A DNA stretch of 64,000 nucleotides, from assembly GCA_033763315.1 (NCBI GenBank), contig JANRKS010000034.1:256001-320000 (forward strand). Reading direction: 5' to 3'. The notes beneath the pieces were generated by a model that saw only the letters and a list, made by a program, of their open reading frames with translations, did no database searches and was not told where the DNA came from. Shown here one piece after another: positions 9,826-19,774 of the stretch. How positions within the stretch are numbered: the first letter of the stretch is position 1; each line of letters opens with the position of its first letter. The position numbers and the translations under genes were made by a program. The DNA comes from Deltaproteobacteria bacterium. GTDB lineage: Bacteria; Myxococcota_A; Polyangia; Fen-1088.

Positions 9826-10800
9826 TTACGTCGGCCTGATCTTCTGCCGAAACTGCTCTGGCGTGACTCCCACCTGGCGACGGAAGAACTTGACGAAGTT
9901 CGTGGCCTCAGTGAATCCCAACTGTTCAGACACGCGGGCGGCAGGCCATGCCGTGTGCGCGATGAGCCGTTTGGCTTCTAATGCCACACGTTCGTCGATC
10001 ACCGATTTCGGTGTTTTGCCGAGAATTTGCAGACACGCACGCGACAAAGTCTTTTGTGAACAACCCAACGTGCGGGCGTAATCGGCCACCGCACGAGTCT
10101 TGGCCAGCTTTTCTTCAAGCGCCAAGCGAAGCTGCCGGACCACCATCAGGTGTGGGTGATCTTGCGCCGGCCACGCGGGCCCCTCGTTCTTCGCGCTGCC
10201 AGCAAGCGCAAACAGCAGTGCGTGCAGCAAGTGGCCGATGACACGCTCGCCGCGTTGGGAGCTATCATAGGCGTTGTATTGTTGATTGACCGCAGAAAAC
10301 AAGCTCTCAAGATTTCCGCGCTCTTCGCGCGCAGGCGTGAGTTTGACTGGCCAATCCTCGACATTCAAAGGCGCGTCGGCCGATGCGACGTCATTGTGCT
10401 TGATTGCCTGTGGGAACAAGAAGCGTTCCTTGAATATGACGACGATGCCATCGATACGATCACGTCCATCGAATATGTGAACTTGGCCCGGGCTTACTTT
10501 GATGATGTCGCCGGGTGCGCAGGCATAGTCGACGAAGTCGACCGTGTGCTTGCCCGCACCCTTCGTTACCAGAAGAAAAAAGTGGAAGGTGATGCGCGTG
10601 GGCAGCGTTAGATCATGGTCGAGCTGTCGCTGGTGAAGGTCGTGAAGCCAGAACGACTCTACAGCCAACGTCGGATGGCGAGGCTGCTTGAAGGCCACAT
10701 CCTTGATGATCGCTTGAACGGCAGTGTTTTGAGCTTTCATGAGGTTCACAGACACCAAGGACCTGCTGCAGGAACGTGCCTCGGCGGCACGCGTGTGCAT
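9826..10800 (-). CDS. AraC-family transcriptional regulator
   Basis: Cupin N-terminus (GAGKHTVDF, SPGQVH) and C-terminal HTH (LEAKRLI...LGFTEATNFVKFFRRQVGVTP). Confidence 0.95.
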   Translation of the reverse strand: MHTRAAEARSCSRSLVSVNLMKAQNTAVQAIIKDVAFKQPRHPTLAVESFWLHDLHQRQLDHDLTLPTRITFHFFLLVTKGAGKHTVDFVDYACAPGDIIKVSPGQVHIFDGRDRIDGIVVIFKERFLFPQAIKHNDVASADAPLNVEDWPVKLTPAREERGNLESLFSAVNQQYNAYDSSQRGERVIGHLLHALLFALAGSAKNEGPAWPAQDHPHLMVVRQLRLALEEKLAKTRAVADYARTLGCSQKTLSRACLQILGKTPKSVIDERVALEAKRLIAHTAWPAARVSEQLGFTEATNFVKFFRRQVGVTPEQFRQKIRPT

Positions 10801-10842
10801 GAAGGTATGCCCTACATTTGGCCGAAATCCTCGCCTTTATTT

Positions 10843-13800
10843 TCACTGGCCAGGTGCGCCGTGGTTCATCCAACGTGTGTCACATTTGTGGCTCAAAAGC
10901 GCCTGCAATTCCTTCCAGCGGTGCATTGACCGCGCAAAGTGGTCTTTTACTTGTCCCTTGACGTTCCACGTGTGAAGCGTCACCGAGCGTGAGAAACCCG
11001 CACGGCGCAGCGGTTGAAGCCAGGCTTTCCCCACGTCCACGTCACCTTCGTCAAGCGGCAGGATCGTCCGCGTGAAATCCGTGACCGCAAGCCCATCCTC
11101 GCGATTGGTGCCATTGATCGTAGCCGCGACGGCCAGGTGTGCCGTTTCTTCAATGGTTTGCGCCCAGTCCTTGAGCCTGCCACCTTTTTGTTCTTGAGCC
11201 ATGTTCAACGCGAACCGCACGTTGGCGTGATTTACGCCATTGATGACCGAAACCGCGTCTTGCGCGGAAGCAACGCTGTAGCCGACGTGAGGGTACAACA
11301 CCAACGTCACCCCCCGGGCCTCAGCCATGGTGGCCAGCTTGCGAACGGCGGCGTTGAGGGATTCGCCCTTGAGACCATTGATTGTGACCCACAGCTCAGG
11401 GACTTGGCCTTGCATGGCCTCAAGCAATTGTGCCGTTTTGACATCATCGTCCATGGCACCATCAATGGCTGTTAACACCGCTTTGATGGCAAAGGCATGG
11501 GAGCGCACGGCGGGGAGCGCAAGATACTTTCGAATCTTGGCAGCATCGGGCCACGGTAGCACCAGGTGGTCGTAGCCAAGCGATTGCAGGAACGGCACCC
11601 GTTGATCAAACGGTATGTCGTAAAGCGTAAACTCGAACGTACCCAAAGATGTGGATGCGTGAACGGGCGCGGCGGGAGCATGAAAGTCATAGCGGCCCGA
11701 TTGCACGTCAAATACCGCAAATCCTGGCTCTGGCGCCAGCGGCGTTACCCCCGGCGCGACGCTGGCGGGGCGACCCCTTTCCGTCACCAGAGCCGGCGCG
11801 CGTGACGGCACGAACACGCGTGCGGTGGCGTGCACCGGCACTTCGACGGCCAGCGAGACGCCTTGTTGATTGCTGGTCCAGCGCGCACGGATCATTCCAC
11901 GCACCGATGCGTGCTCTGCCGTTGCAGACGTGATGCCGCCGCCCGGTACGGGGCGAATGATTACGCGCTTGAACCCCGGCGCCTCGGGATCGCTCGCAAT
12001 GCCGGCGACGTTGGGATAGATCCAGCCGCCCACCGATCCGAGCGCATACTGATTGAGGCTGTTCATGTCTCCACGGTTTTCGGGGCCTCGGTTCGGATCA
12101 TAGCTGTCCCAGCGCTCCCATAGGGTTGTGGCTCCTGCGTTCACGGCCTGCAGCCAGGAGGGATATGTATCGCGCATCAGAAGGCTGTATGCGAGATCAT
12201 CTCGTCCCGCGCGCGACAGCGCGGGCATGATCGCCGCCGTTCCCAACAACCCCGTCTTCAGATGCCCCGTTTGTTCCACAAGTTGCGCGAGCTTCCGCTC
12301 ACCCGCTTGTCGCAGCTGCGGAGGATAGGCGTCGAAGTGTAAAGCCACTGCGTAAGCGGTTTGCGTGTTCACGCCCATACTGCCATCGGCAGCGACAAAC
12401 GCCTTTTGATAGGCGCGGCGAATGTCGTTTGCCAGCGTGTTGAAACGCTGGGCGTCCTCTTGTTTCCCCAGGAGCCCTGCGACCTTGGCCACGAGCAACG
12501 CAACATGTTGGTGGTAAAGCGGCGCGAGAATTTTGTGCGGCGTCTCTTCAAGCGACAACCAATCGCCAAAGCTCCAGTCTTTGTTCAGCAAGTTCGGGCT
12601 GCGGCTGGTTTTGTAATCGACCCAGCGAACCATAGCGTCGTAGCCTTGCTCAAGAACACGTTTGTCCCCGTAGCGTTGGTAGAGCCACCACGGCAGCATC
12701 ACCCCGGCGTCAGCCCAAGCGTAGCTGCCGTGCGCGAGGAACGGCAGGCTGGGGGCGACATCGGGGAACGATCCATTGGGGAGCTGCGCGTCCCGCAAAT
12801 CTGTCGCGTATTTCGATAAAAATGCCGCCAGATCGAACGAGAACGCCGCTGCCGGCGCGAACAACACAATGTCGGCGGCCCAACCCATGCGCTCGTCACG
12901 TTGTGGGCAGTCCGTTGGAATTGAATGAAAGTTGTTGCGAGCGGTCCACGTCATGTTGGCATGCAGCTGGTTGAGCCTGCGGTCCGAAGTCTTGAACGTC
13001 CCGACGCGCGGCACATCTGTGTGGGTCACCACGCCCTGCAAGTCCGATCGCTTCATGTCGACGGCGCCTTCGACCTCGACGTAACGAAACCCGTGATATG
13101 TGAAGCGCGGCTCGAACAGCTCCACCCCCGATCCCTTCGCGATGTACCGATCCGTGCTGCCTGCCGTGCGCAGGTTGCTCGTGAACAAAGAGCCATCGGG
13201 ATTCAGTACCTCAGCGTAGCGAAGCGTCACTTCACGACCTGCCGGTGCCCGCAGTCGAACTTTGACGTTGCCCGCAATGTTTTGTCCTAGGTCGAACACA
13301 TATTGTCCGGTCTGCCCTTTCGTGACGCTCACCGCGGGGATGATTTGCGTGATGCGCTCGGGCGCCTCTATGGGTGCCTGCAGTACGCCGACCGTTGGAT
13401 TGAGTGGTACAACGGCCCGCCACCCTTCGTTCTTGGTTACACGTGCGCTCCAGCCTGGCAGCTCACGACGTGCGTCGTAGACCACGCCATCGAACAAATC
13501 GGTTGAGCGGTAGGGGCCGGTGTTGCCTTGCCAGTCATCGTCTGTGGCAATGACCTGCGTGCTCCCGTCGTCAAATTCGAGATGAAGCTGTGCCAACAGC
13601 GCTTTGTGTACGCCCCAAATGTTCTGCCCCGCGCCGTTTCGGCCAGAGAACCACCCATCAGCCACAATGACCCCAAGCACATTGGTGCCTTTACGAATCC
13701 TGGTGGTGACGTCGTAGGTTTGGTAACGAAGGCGGGCGCCATAGTCCGTCCACCCCGGAGCCAGGCGGTGATCAGAGAGCTCGGCGCCATTGAGGTGCGT

Positions 13801-14877
13801 CTCATAGACGCCTGTTGCGGTGATATAAAGACGCGCGGTTCGCACGGAACGATTGGCCGTGAAGGCTCGCCGCAGGTACGCGGGGGGCACCAACTTGTCC
13901 GCCCGTGCAAAGCTAGCGTCGCCATTTTGCGGCTGCCCGAACGGCCCCAGTTCGCGCGCAGGCTGCCACGCAGACGTTTTGCGGTTTCCATCGCCTGTTT
14001 TGACGGAAGGGCCGTAGTTTGTCATCCACGTGTCGTCGCTGTCGATGCGTAGACGTGTCCCATTCTCCATATCAAGCATCAATACGGCGGCCGCTGCTTC
14101 TTGCGGTGCAAAGGGTGACTCGATCGTTAGGACGTTGTCCCCCGGACGCAGAGCTGAAGTCACGTCAAAGCGCCGCGGATCGTCGTGAGGCGATGAGAAT
14201 TTCGGATAGCGCCGGCCGTTGATATCAATCACATGAGCGGCGTCGTCCTCCCAGGGCATGCCCACCCGTGGCCCCACGTAAACGAGCTCTGCCCGGCGCA
14301 CCACAGCCGTGGGCGGCAGCACAAAGGTTTTGCGCAAGGCCACTCGTTTCGCGCTGGCGGCCTGGCTCACGTCGCGCAGCCAGATCCATTTTGCACCCAC
14401 GAGCGGCAGACGCTCATCGGTGTTAAGGGGCGAGATGCCTATCCACTTCCCCTTCCAATTAGAGGCCTGCAACAACCCCATCTCGAAATGCGCGGGGCGC
14501 GACACCGCCACGCGACCGTGTTGATCCCACACGCGAACCATCCAGTGGTAGCGCCCCCGCGACTCAAGCGGCGGTCCGCCGTACTCGACGTGCACGTTGT
14601 TGTCGCTATCGACGCGTCCGCTGCTCCAGATGGCGGTCTGTGAGCGAGGGCCTGGCGGCGTGTTGCTGTAAACCAAAACCTCATATGCCGTTTGTCGCGT
14701 GCCGCGTGCGCGGCTGCTCGCCACCCAAGAAAATCGAGGGATACGCGCGTCAATGCCGAGCGGGTTGGTTTGGTATTCGCAGCGCAAATCGCCGACATTC
14801 CATTCCGACGAAGCCCATGCGTGTGGAGTTGGTGGCGCGATCAGAGCGACGAGGAAGAAGAAGGCAGCGATCTTCAT
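10843..14877 (-). CDS. GH78 alpha-L-rhamnosidase fused to a C-terminal xylose-isomerase-like TIM barrel
   Basis: LRCEYQTNPLG, LAPGWTDY, FDLGQN, FTYHGFRY, PTDCPQRDERMGW, ATTLWERW; extra C-terminal region of about 270 aa with LGYD, LVLYPH, ILPLDEGDVD. Start taken at MKIAAFF. Confidence 0.9.
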   Translation of the reverse strand: MKIAAFFFLVALIAPPTPHAWASSEWNVGDLRCEYQTNPLGIDARIPRFSWVASSRARGTRQTAYEVLVYSNTPPGPRSQTAIWSSGRVDSDNNVHVEYGGPPLESRGRYHWMVRVWDQHGRVAVSRPAHFEMGLLQASNWKGKWIGISPLNTDERLPLVGAKWIWLRDVSQAASAKRVALRKTFVLPPTAVVRRAELVYVGPRVGMPWEDDAAHVIDINGRRYPKFSSPHDDPRRFDVTSALRPGDNVLTIESPFAPQEAAAAVLMLDMENGTRLRIDSDDTWMTNYGPSVKTGDGNRKTSAWQPARELGPFGQPQNGDASFARADKLVPPAYLRRAFTANRSVRTARLYITATGVYETHLNGAELSDHRLAPGWTDYGARLRYQTYDVTTRIRKGTNVLGVIVADGWFSGRNGAGQNIWGVHKALLAQLHLEFDDGSTQVIATDDDWQGNTGPYRSTDLFDGVVYDARRELPGWSARVTKNEGWRAVVPLNPTVGVLQAPIEAPERITQIIPAVSVTKGQTGQYVFDLGQNIAGNVKVRLRAPAGREVTLRYAEVLNPDGSLFTSNLRTAGSTDRYIAKGSGVELFEPRFTYHGFRYVEVEGAVDMKRSDLQGVVTHTDVPRVGTFKTSDRRLNQLHANMTWTARNNFHSIPTDCPQRDERMGWAADIVLFAPAAAFSFDLAAFLSKYATDLRDAQLPNGSFPDVAPSLPFLAHGSYAWADAGVMLPWWLYQRYGDKRVLEQGYDAMVRWVDYKTSRSPNLLNKDWSFGDWLSLEETPHKILAPLYHQHVALLVAKVAGLLGKQEDAQRFNTLANDIRRAYQKAFVAADGSMGVNTQTAYAVALHFDAYPPQLRQAGERKLAQLVEQTGHLKTGLLGTAAIMPALSRAGRDDLAYSLLMRDTYPSWLQAVNAGATTLWERWDSYDPNRGPENRGDMNSLNQYALGSVGGWIYPNVAGIASDPEAPGFKRVIIRPVPGGGITSATAEHASVRGMIRARWTSNQQGVSLAVEVPVHATARVFVPSRAPALVTERGRPASVAPGVTPLAPEPGFAVFDVQSGRYDFHAPAAPVHASTSLGTFEFTLYDIPFDQRVPFLQSLGYDHLVLPWPDAAKIRKYLALPAVRSHAFAIKAVLTAIDGAMDDDVKTAQLLEAMQGQVPELWVTINGLKGESLNAAVRKLATMAEARGVTLVLYPHVGYSVASAQDAVSVINGVNHANVRFALNMAQEQKGGRLKDWAQTIEETAHLAVAATINGTNREDGLAVTDFTRTILPLDEGDVDVGKAWLQPLRRAGFSRSVTLHTWNVKGQVKDHFARSMHRWKELQALLSHKCDTRWMNHGAPGQ

Positions 14878-15004
14878 GCGACGACTATGCCCCAATGAGA
14901 TCCGTCCGAAGTAAAATGCGTGCGCGTGTCGCGCGTTGGCACACAACGCTGCAAGACACGCGACCAAGCGGCGCTGCGTGTCTTGCCTGGCGTGCGCGAG
15001 ACCG

Positions 15005-15772
15005 TTAAAGCATCCCGTTTAAGTTCTTCGATTCCGCCGGGATCTCCTGCACAACATCCCAGTGTTCGGCGATCTTTCCCTTTGCGATTCGAAACAAATC
15101 AAAGAACACGCTGTGTTTGCCACCTATGGTTCCACGACCCATGGTGAGCACCATGTTGCCTTCACCAAGCATGTACTTGACTTCGTTGTAGCGAATCTCT
15201 GCGCCCGCTGCCGCCGCCGCCGCGAAGCCCTTTTGCAATCCGGAGACGCCATCTGCGATCATCGGGCTATGCTGAATGTACTTGTCACCATCAAAGAACT
15301 CTGGCATTGCGGCAAAATTTCCGCCGATGATGACTTGTTCAAAGAAGTTCTTGATTAGGGCCTTGTTCTGTTGTGTCAGCTCTGCATCTTCTATCTCTGT
15401 GGGGCCATCCAGCATTGTGTGACCGCTGGCCGTGTGTTCCGGTTGCGGTTGTGCCGCAGACCAATGCTCCATCACCTTGCCATCGCGCAGTCGGAAAACG
15501 TCGAAGGCCGCCACCTTGCCGCCCCAAAAGTAGTCGCTGTGCATCGCCACCATGTTTCCGTCAGTGATGGTGCGTACGCGTCTGATTATGGGGCGCTGCT
15601 CTGGCGGGGCCTTGCCGATCTCTCCCATGAACAAGAGAAGGCCATCAAGGCCATCGGGCGCCGTGGGATCGTGTTGGATGTAGTCCTTCACAACAACAGA
15701 TTTGACGAAGTCGATGTCCCCTTTGCCGAATCCATCTAACAAAAGCTTTTCTGCGATCTGCCGGTTGTTCAT
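15005..15772 (-). CDS. Tandem SnoaL/NTF2-like protein
   Basis: Two repeats of YIQH-P...DG and FD-FR...GK--EHW; RBS GGAGG before MNNRQ. Confidence 0.9.
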   Translation of the reverse strand: MNNRQIAEKLLLDGFGKGDIDFVKSVVVKDYIQHDPTAPDGLDGLLLFMGEIGKAPPEQRPIIRRVRTITDGNMVAMHSDYFWGGKVAAFDVFRLRDGKVMEHWSAAQPQPEHTASGHTMLDGPTEIEDAELTQQNKALIKNFFEQVIIGGNFAAMPEFFDGDKYIQHSPMIADGVSGLQKGFAAAAAAGAEIRYNEVKYMLGEGNMVLTMGRGTIGGKHSVFFDLFRIAKGKIAEHWDVVQEIPAESKNLNGML

Positions 15773-16054
15773 CTGTTCCTCCAGGGGTGGGTGAGGGTGA
15801 ATGCAAGATAAGGCTGCCTGAAGGTTTTGGCCTTTGACGCGGATCACTCTCAAGGTCACGACCGGACAGTCGTGCGGTCAAAGTGCGCAACGGTGCTGTT
15901 TGTTCACGCCAGACACACGCTGCGCTGCTTGTTTCGTCGTTGCGCAACGATCATCGCGCTCTACGGGCATGGCCTACCCTGATGACTGGGTGCCGCCGAA
16001 GCGTCATCACGGGTTAGGAGTCCCACGCACGGCCGCACCTCGGTGGGGCGCGGG

Positions 16055-17473
16055 TCACTTCAACTTGAAGTCGAGCGGCTTGTCTTCCAGACGCCTTTTG
16101 GCCTTCACTAGGGGCGCCGTCGCTTTGGCGCCGCCTGCCTCCGTGAGAGCGGCGCCTGCACTGGCAGCCGCAGCCGTGGTGCTCTCACCGTGTTCTGCAC
16201 GTTGCGCGGCTTGCATTTGCGTTCTGTCTTGAAGAGCGGTACGCGCGCGATCACGCAGCAGAAATCGCCAAGAAACAACAGCGGCGACAAACAGAAACAC
16301 AGTGGCGAGAGACAAGTTGCGCACCGTGAGCACAGTCTTGGCGCGTGCTGGGTTGGATCTGTGGAACCCCATGAGCGAATGCGCGTTGACGGCCACGCTG
16401 GCGTCACGATCTTTTGCGGGTAAGGTTGCGGCAAGTGCAGGGGATCCGGCTTTGCTCACCAGCCCCTTGGAGTTTAGTGTGATGTTTTCGCCGGAATCCG
16501 TTAGCGTATCCTCGGTCCGAGGGCCGCGCGCGGGGTGAATCGACTCGAACGCATTGATTCTCCCAATCCACAAGGCGGTTTCAGTTGAGGCGAAGGGTGA
16601 AAGCGCTTGAGCCAAGGCGCCCGCGGAGGGGTAGCGTTCTTCCGGCGCGCGAGCCATCACTTTGCACAGAACCTTCTCCAGGCCCACTGGCACGTCGGGG
16701 CGGAAGTCAGAGACGTTCGGCGGGTCGCGGTTCATAACGGCGGCGCACAACTCACCAATCGTCGCGCCATCATAGGGAACCTTGCCGGTCATCGCTTTGA
16801 ACAGCGCGGCACCGAGTGACCACAAATCCGATCGTGCGTCCACCGACTTGGCAGACATGAACTGTTCCGGCGGCATGTAACTTGGCGAGCCCAAAAACTC
16901 GCTCGAAGCCGTGATTTCGGCGGGTGAGTCTGTCGTTAACGATGATTTAGAGACACCGAAGTCGAGGATTTTCAGCAGCAAACTTCCATCGTCTCGTTTG
17001 CAGAGGAAGAGGTTCGCAGGTTTGATGTCGCGGTGGACAATCCCCACGGCGTGCGCTGCCGCGAGGCCCGAACACGCCTGTACGCACAAGTCTATAACTA
17101 GGCCGATCGGCAGATGACCTTCGTTCACAATCATCTCGTCGAGGCTCAAACCCGCGAGGTGTTCCATGACAAGGTAGCGCGCGCCGTCGTCAAGGATTCC
17201 CGTATCATACACACGGACGACGTGTTCGCTTTGAACGCTGGCGGCGGCGGCCGCCTCGCGTTGAAAACGCTCTAAGGATGCGGCGCGCGCTGCGTATTGT
17301 GGGCGCAAAAACTTGATGGCGACAAGATGTCCCATATCGATGTGGCGAGCAGAAACCACGGTACCCATGCCGCCGCTGCCCAACACGTCCAGCACCTGGT
17401 ATTTACCGGCGATCACAACACCTGGTTGTGCAGGGAGCGGGGTATCAAGTTCGGCCGAGCTCTCAGTGACCAT
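16055..17473 (-). CDS. Hanks-type Ser/Thr protein kinase with TM helix
   Basis: LGSGGMG, VAIK, HRDIKPAN, DFG, GSPSYMPPEQ; TM segment; start MVTESS after GGGAGA. Confidence 0.95.
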   Translation of the reverse strand: MVTESSAELDTPLPAQPGVVIAGKYQVLDVLGSGGMGTVVSARHIDMGHLVAIKFLRPQYAARAASLERFQREAAAAASVQSEHVVRVYDTGILDDGARYLVMEHLAGLSLDEMIVNEGHLPIGLVIDLCVQACSGLAAAHAVGIVHRDIKPANLFLCKRDDGSLLLKILDFGVSKSSLTTDSPAEITASSEFLGSPSYMPPEQFMSAKSVDARSDLWSLGAALFKAMTGKVPYDGATIGELCAAVMNRDPPNVSDFRPDVPVGLEKVLCKVMARAPEERYPSAGALAQALSPFASTETALWIGRINAFESIHPARGPRTEDTLTDSGENITLNSKGLVSKAGSPALAATLPAKDRDASVAVNAHSLMGFHRSNPARAKTVLTVRNLSLATVFLFVAAVVSWRFLLRDRARTALQDRTQMQAAQRAEHGESTTAAAASAGAALTEAGGAKATAPLVKAKRRLEDKPLDFKLK

Positions 17474-17585
17474 GTTTCTCCCTACAATGGCCGCGGCCAT
17501 CAGCGAAGTGAAATCTCTTTTGAAAGTACGGTTTTTTACTATTTCGCAGCGGCACATCTCGTCGCGCTCAGTTACAACCTGGGCC

Positions 17586-18530
17586 ATGTATCGTGGCAGC
17601 CAACGCAATCAACCGACGCCATGTCGCAGGCCGTCGCTGTCGATGATGGCTTTTTGCCTGCTGTTCAACATGGCAAGCACGCGCCTTGTTCAAGCGGAGG
17701 CTGGATCGGGCGAGGGGCAAGTTTCGGACTGGGCTTCACAGCTGGGGGAAGAGGCGAAGAAGGACTACTGGAAGGGCAGGAAGCTTTACGAAGAGAACGA
17801 GATGGAGCTTGCTTTTAAGGCGTTTGCGTCGGCATACGAAAGCTCAAGAGATCCTCGCTTGATCTGGAACATGGCGCTTTGTGCTCGAGGTATGCGCCAC
17901 TTTGCTCATGCGAAGCGGCTCGTGAAAGAATACGTCAAGGATGCGCGCAGCCAAAACGTGCTGTCGCCACAGGATGAAGCCACAGCCGATGCGTTTGTGA
18001 AGGCCGTCTCGGGGCGCGTGGTCACCGCGGGGTTCTCGCTTGCGCCGAAGGACGCCGTGGTGCTCATTGATGGCGAGGTGCTTCCGCCTGTGCCTGAGCC
18101 TGCCTCCAGGGATGTGGACGTGGGTTCGCACCACGTGGAAGTTCAGGCCAAGGGGTTTCGCACGCAGGCGTTTCGGCAGAGCTTCGAGTTGGGAAAGCCG
18201 AATCAAGTGGATGTGAGCTTGGAGCCTGAAGGTGCGCCCGTTTTCATGTACACAGCTTCAGGCAACTCAATTCATGTTGACGGTCGCACCGTGGGCACGG
18301 GCGCTTGGTCAGGTACCCTGACGCCCGGAAGCCATGTTCTTGAGGTGCGAGATCCCGTAGGCAACCTGGAGCGTCGCGAGGTTTACCTTCAGGACCGTGA
18401 GAAGCGGATCTTGGAACTGTGGCCAAGTCGGTCCGTGGCACCTTGGGTGTGGGCCATGGGCGCATTCGTGGTGGGACTGGCGTTTGGCTCAGCTGGTGCA
18501 TTAATCCTTGAGAATCAGGGTGTTCTTTAA
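17586..18530 (+). CDS. TPR + PEGA domain protein (start 17586 or 17643)
   Basis: EAKKDYWKGRKLY...AFKAFASAY...LIWNMALC (TPR); VLIDG...VGSHHVEVQAKGF and TPGSHVLEV (PEGA); C-terminal WVW plus TM. Confidence 0.85.
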   Translation: MYRGSQRNQPTPCRRPSLSMMAFCLLFNMASTRLVQAEAGSGEGQVSDWASQLGEEAKKDYWKGRKLYEENEMELAFKAFASAYESSRDPRLIWNMALCARGMRHFAHAKRLVKEYVKDARSQNVLSPQDEATADAFVKAVSGRVVTAGFSLAPKDAVVLIDGEVLPPVPEPASRDVDVGSHHVEVQAKGFRTQAFRQSFELGKPNQVDVSLEPEGAPVFMYTASGNSIHVDGRTVGTGAWSGTLTPGSHVLEVRDPVGNLERREVYLQDREKRILELWPSRSVAPWVWAMGAFVVGLAFGSAGALILENQGVL

Positions 18531-18570
18531 AGTCACTGTGTTGCGATCGTAAAATTGAAAGCGGGTCTTC

Positions 18571-18762
18571 ATGCTCATATTTCTGCTTCTAATCATTGGT
18601 GTGGCGGCGTTCTTTGGCGCGATCATGCTGTTGTTCTTTGCCGCCACCGGAGAGCCGCCCACGCCAAGGCGGATGATTGTGCGGCTCACCGCGCGGGTGA
18701 GGCGTTTCTCACAAACGATCGGCTATGGCCCGTCGCCGAAAAGCAAAGATGGTTCGCCATAA
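18571..18762 (+). CDS. Small membrane protein
   Basis: 63 aa with a strongly hydrophobic N-terminus; fills the gap between the PEGA and kinase genes. Confidence 0.45.
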   Translation: MLIFLLLIIGVAAFFGAIMLLFFAATGEPPTPRRMIVRLTARVRRFSQTIGYGPSPKSKDGSP

Positions 18763-18776
18763 AGGCCGTGTGCGCG

Positions 18777-19766
18777 ATGTTCCAGCCGGGAGAAACGATC
18801 GCTGATCGCTATAAGGTCGTCCGCAAGATCGGTGCAGGCGGCTACGCTGAAGTGTTTGAGGCGCACGAAGGCTCAACAGGTGCGCGCGTGGCGCTTAAGG
18901 CTCTCCTGCCGTCTTTCTCTGAGGACGACGAGGCGTTGGCGCGGTTTCGTCGCGAGGCTTCAATCACTGCCAAAATAAAGCATCCGAACGTCGCTCGCAC
19001 GTACGGTTTCGCCAGCCTTCCCGATGGCAGGCCGTACATGGTCATGGAGTATCTACAAGGACGCGATCTTGCAGAGTTTCTCCGCACAGAGGTCATTGCC
19101 CCCGCTGCGGCCGTGGAGGTGGTGCAGCAAGTGGCTCAGGGCCTTGCCGCCGCGCATGCGTTGGGTTTTGTGCATCGCGATCTTAAACCTGAAAACGTGT
19201 TTATCGATGACCGCCCGCAGGCATCTGACGGAACTCCCGTTCGCTTCAAGGTTCTTGATTTCGGCGCCACTCGAAGATCCATCGGTGGCACGGCTTTGAC
19301 CGCGACGGGCGAAGCGGTGGGAACTCCCGAGTACATGTCGCCAGAGCAGGCCACAGGCGCGGAGGCCATTGATCACCGCACCGATCAATTTACGTTGGCC
19401 GTTTTGGCCTTTGAGTTGCTTACGGGGCGATCTCCCTTCGCAGCGCCAGACCTCGTGGGCACCTTGCGAAAGGTGGTGCAAGAGGTGCCTCCCGCGTTCG
19501 CAAGTTGCGGCGTCAACCTGCCTTCCACGATTGAGGCCGTCGTTGCAAAGGCATTGAGCAAAAGCCCTGCCGAGCGATTCCCGAACGTCACCGCGTTTGC
19601 AGAAGCTTTGGTTGCGGCCGCAGCGCCGCTGGGGCCACCGGATCTTTCGTGCTTCGTTTCGCGGCCGCCCCTCACGCGAAAGCGCCTCGCCCTGCTCTTA
19701 TGGTTGGCCGCCTTGTGCGTTGCTACGTCCGCAGGTTGCGTGTGGGCGGTGCTTGCGTTGCGCTGA
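18777..19766 (+). CDS. Hanks-type Ser/Thr protein kinase, C-terminal TM anchor
   Basis: IGAGGYA, VALK, HRDLKPEN, DFG, GTPEYMSPEQ; start MFQPGETIADRY. Confidence 0.95.
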   Translation: MFQPGETIADRYKVVRKIGAGGYAEVFEAHEGSTGARVALKALLPSFSEDDEALARFRREASITAKIKHPNVARTYGFASLPDGRPYMVMEYLQGRDLAEFLRTEVIAPAAAVEVVQQVAQGLAAAHALGFVHRDLKPENVFIDDRPQASDGTPVRFKVLDFGATRRSIGGTALTATGEAVGTPEYMSPEQATGAEAIDHRTDQFTLAVLAFELLTGRSPFAAPDLVGTLRKVVQEVPPAFASCGVNLPSTIEAVVAKALSKSPAERFPNVTAFAEALVAAAAPLGPPDLSCFVSRPPLTRKRLALLLWLAALCVATSAGCVWAVLALR

Positions 19767-19774
19767 CGTCATGG

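Noticed and set aside
15937-15950. Perfect palindrome TCGTTGCGCAACGA upstream of the SnoaL gene
   Set aside because: Only one full copy plus a partial one near 15884; no regulator can be assigned.
15978-16014. CTGATGA...CGAA resembling a hammerhead ribozyme core
   Set aside because: No stem II and GAAG instead of GAAA; better explained as a TGATGAC/GTCATCA hairpin after the kinase gene.
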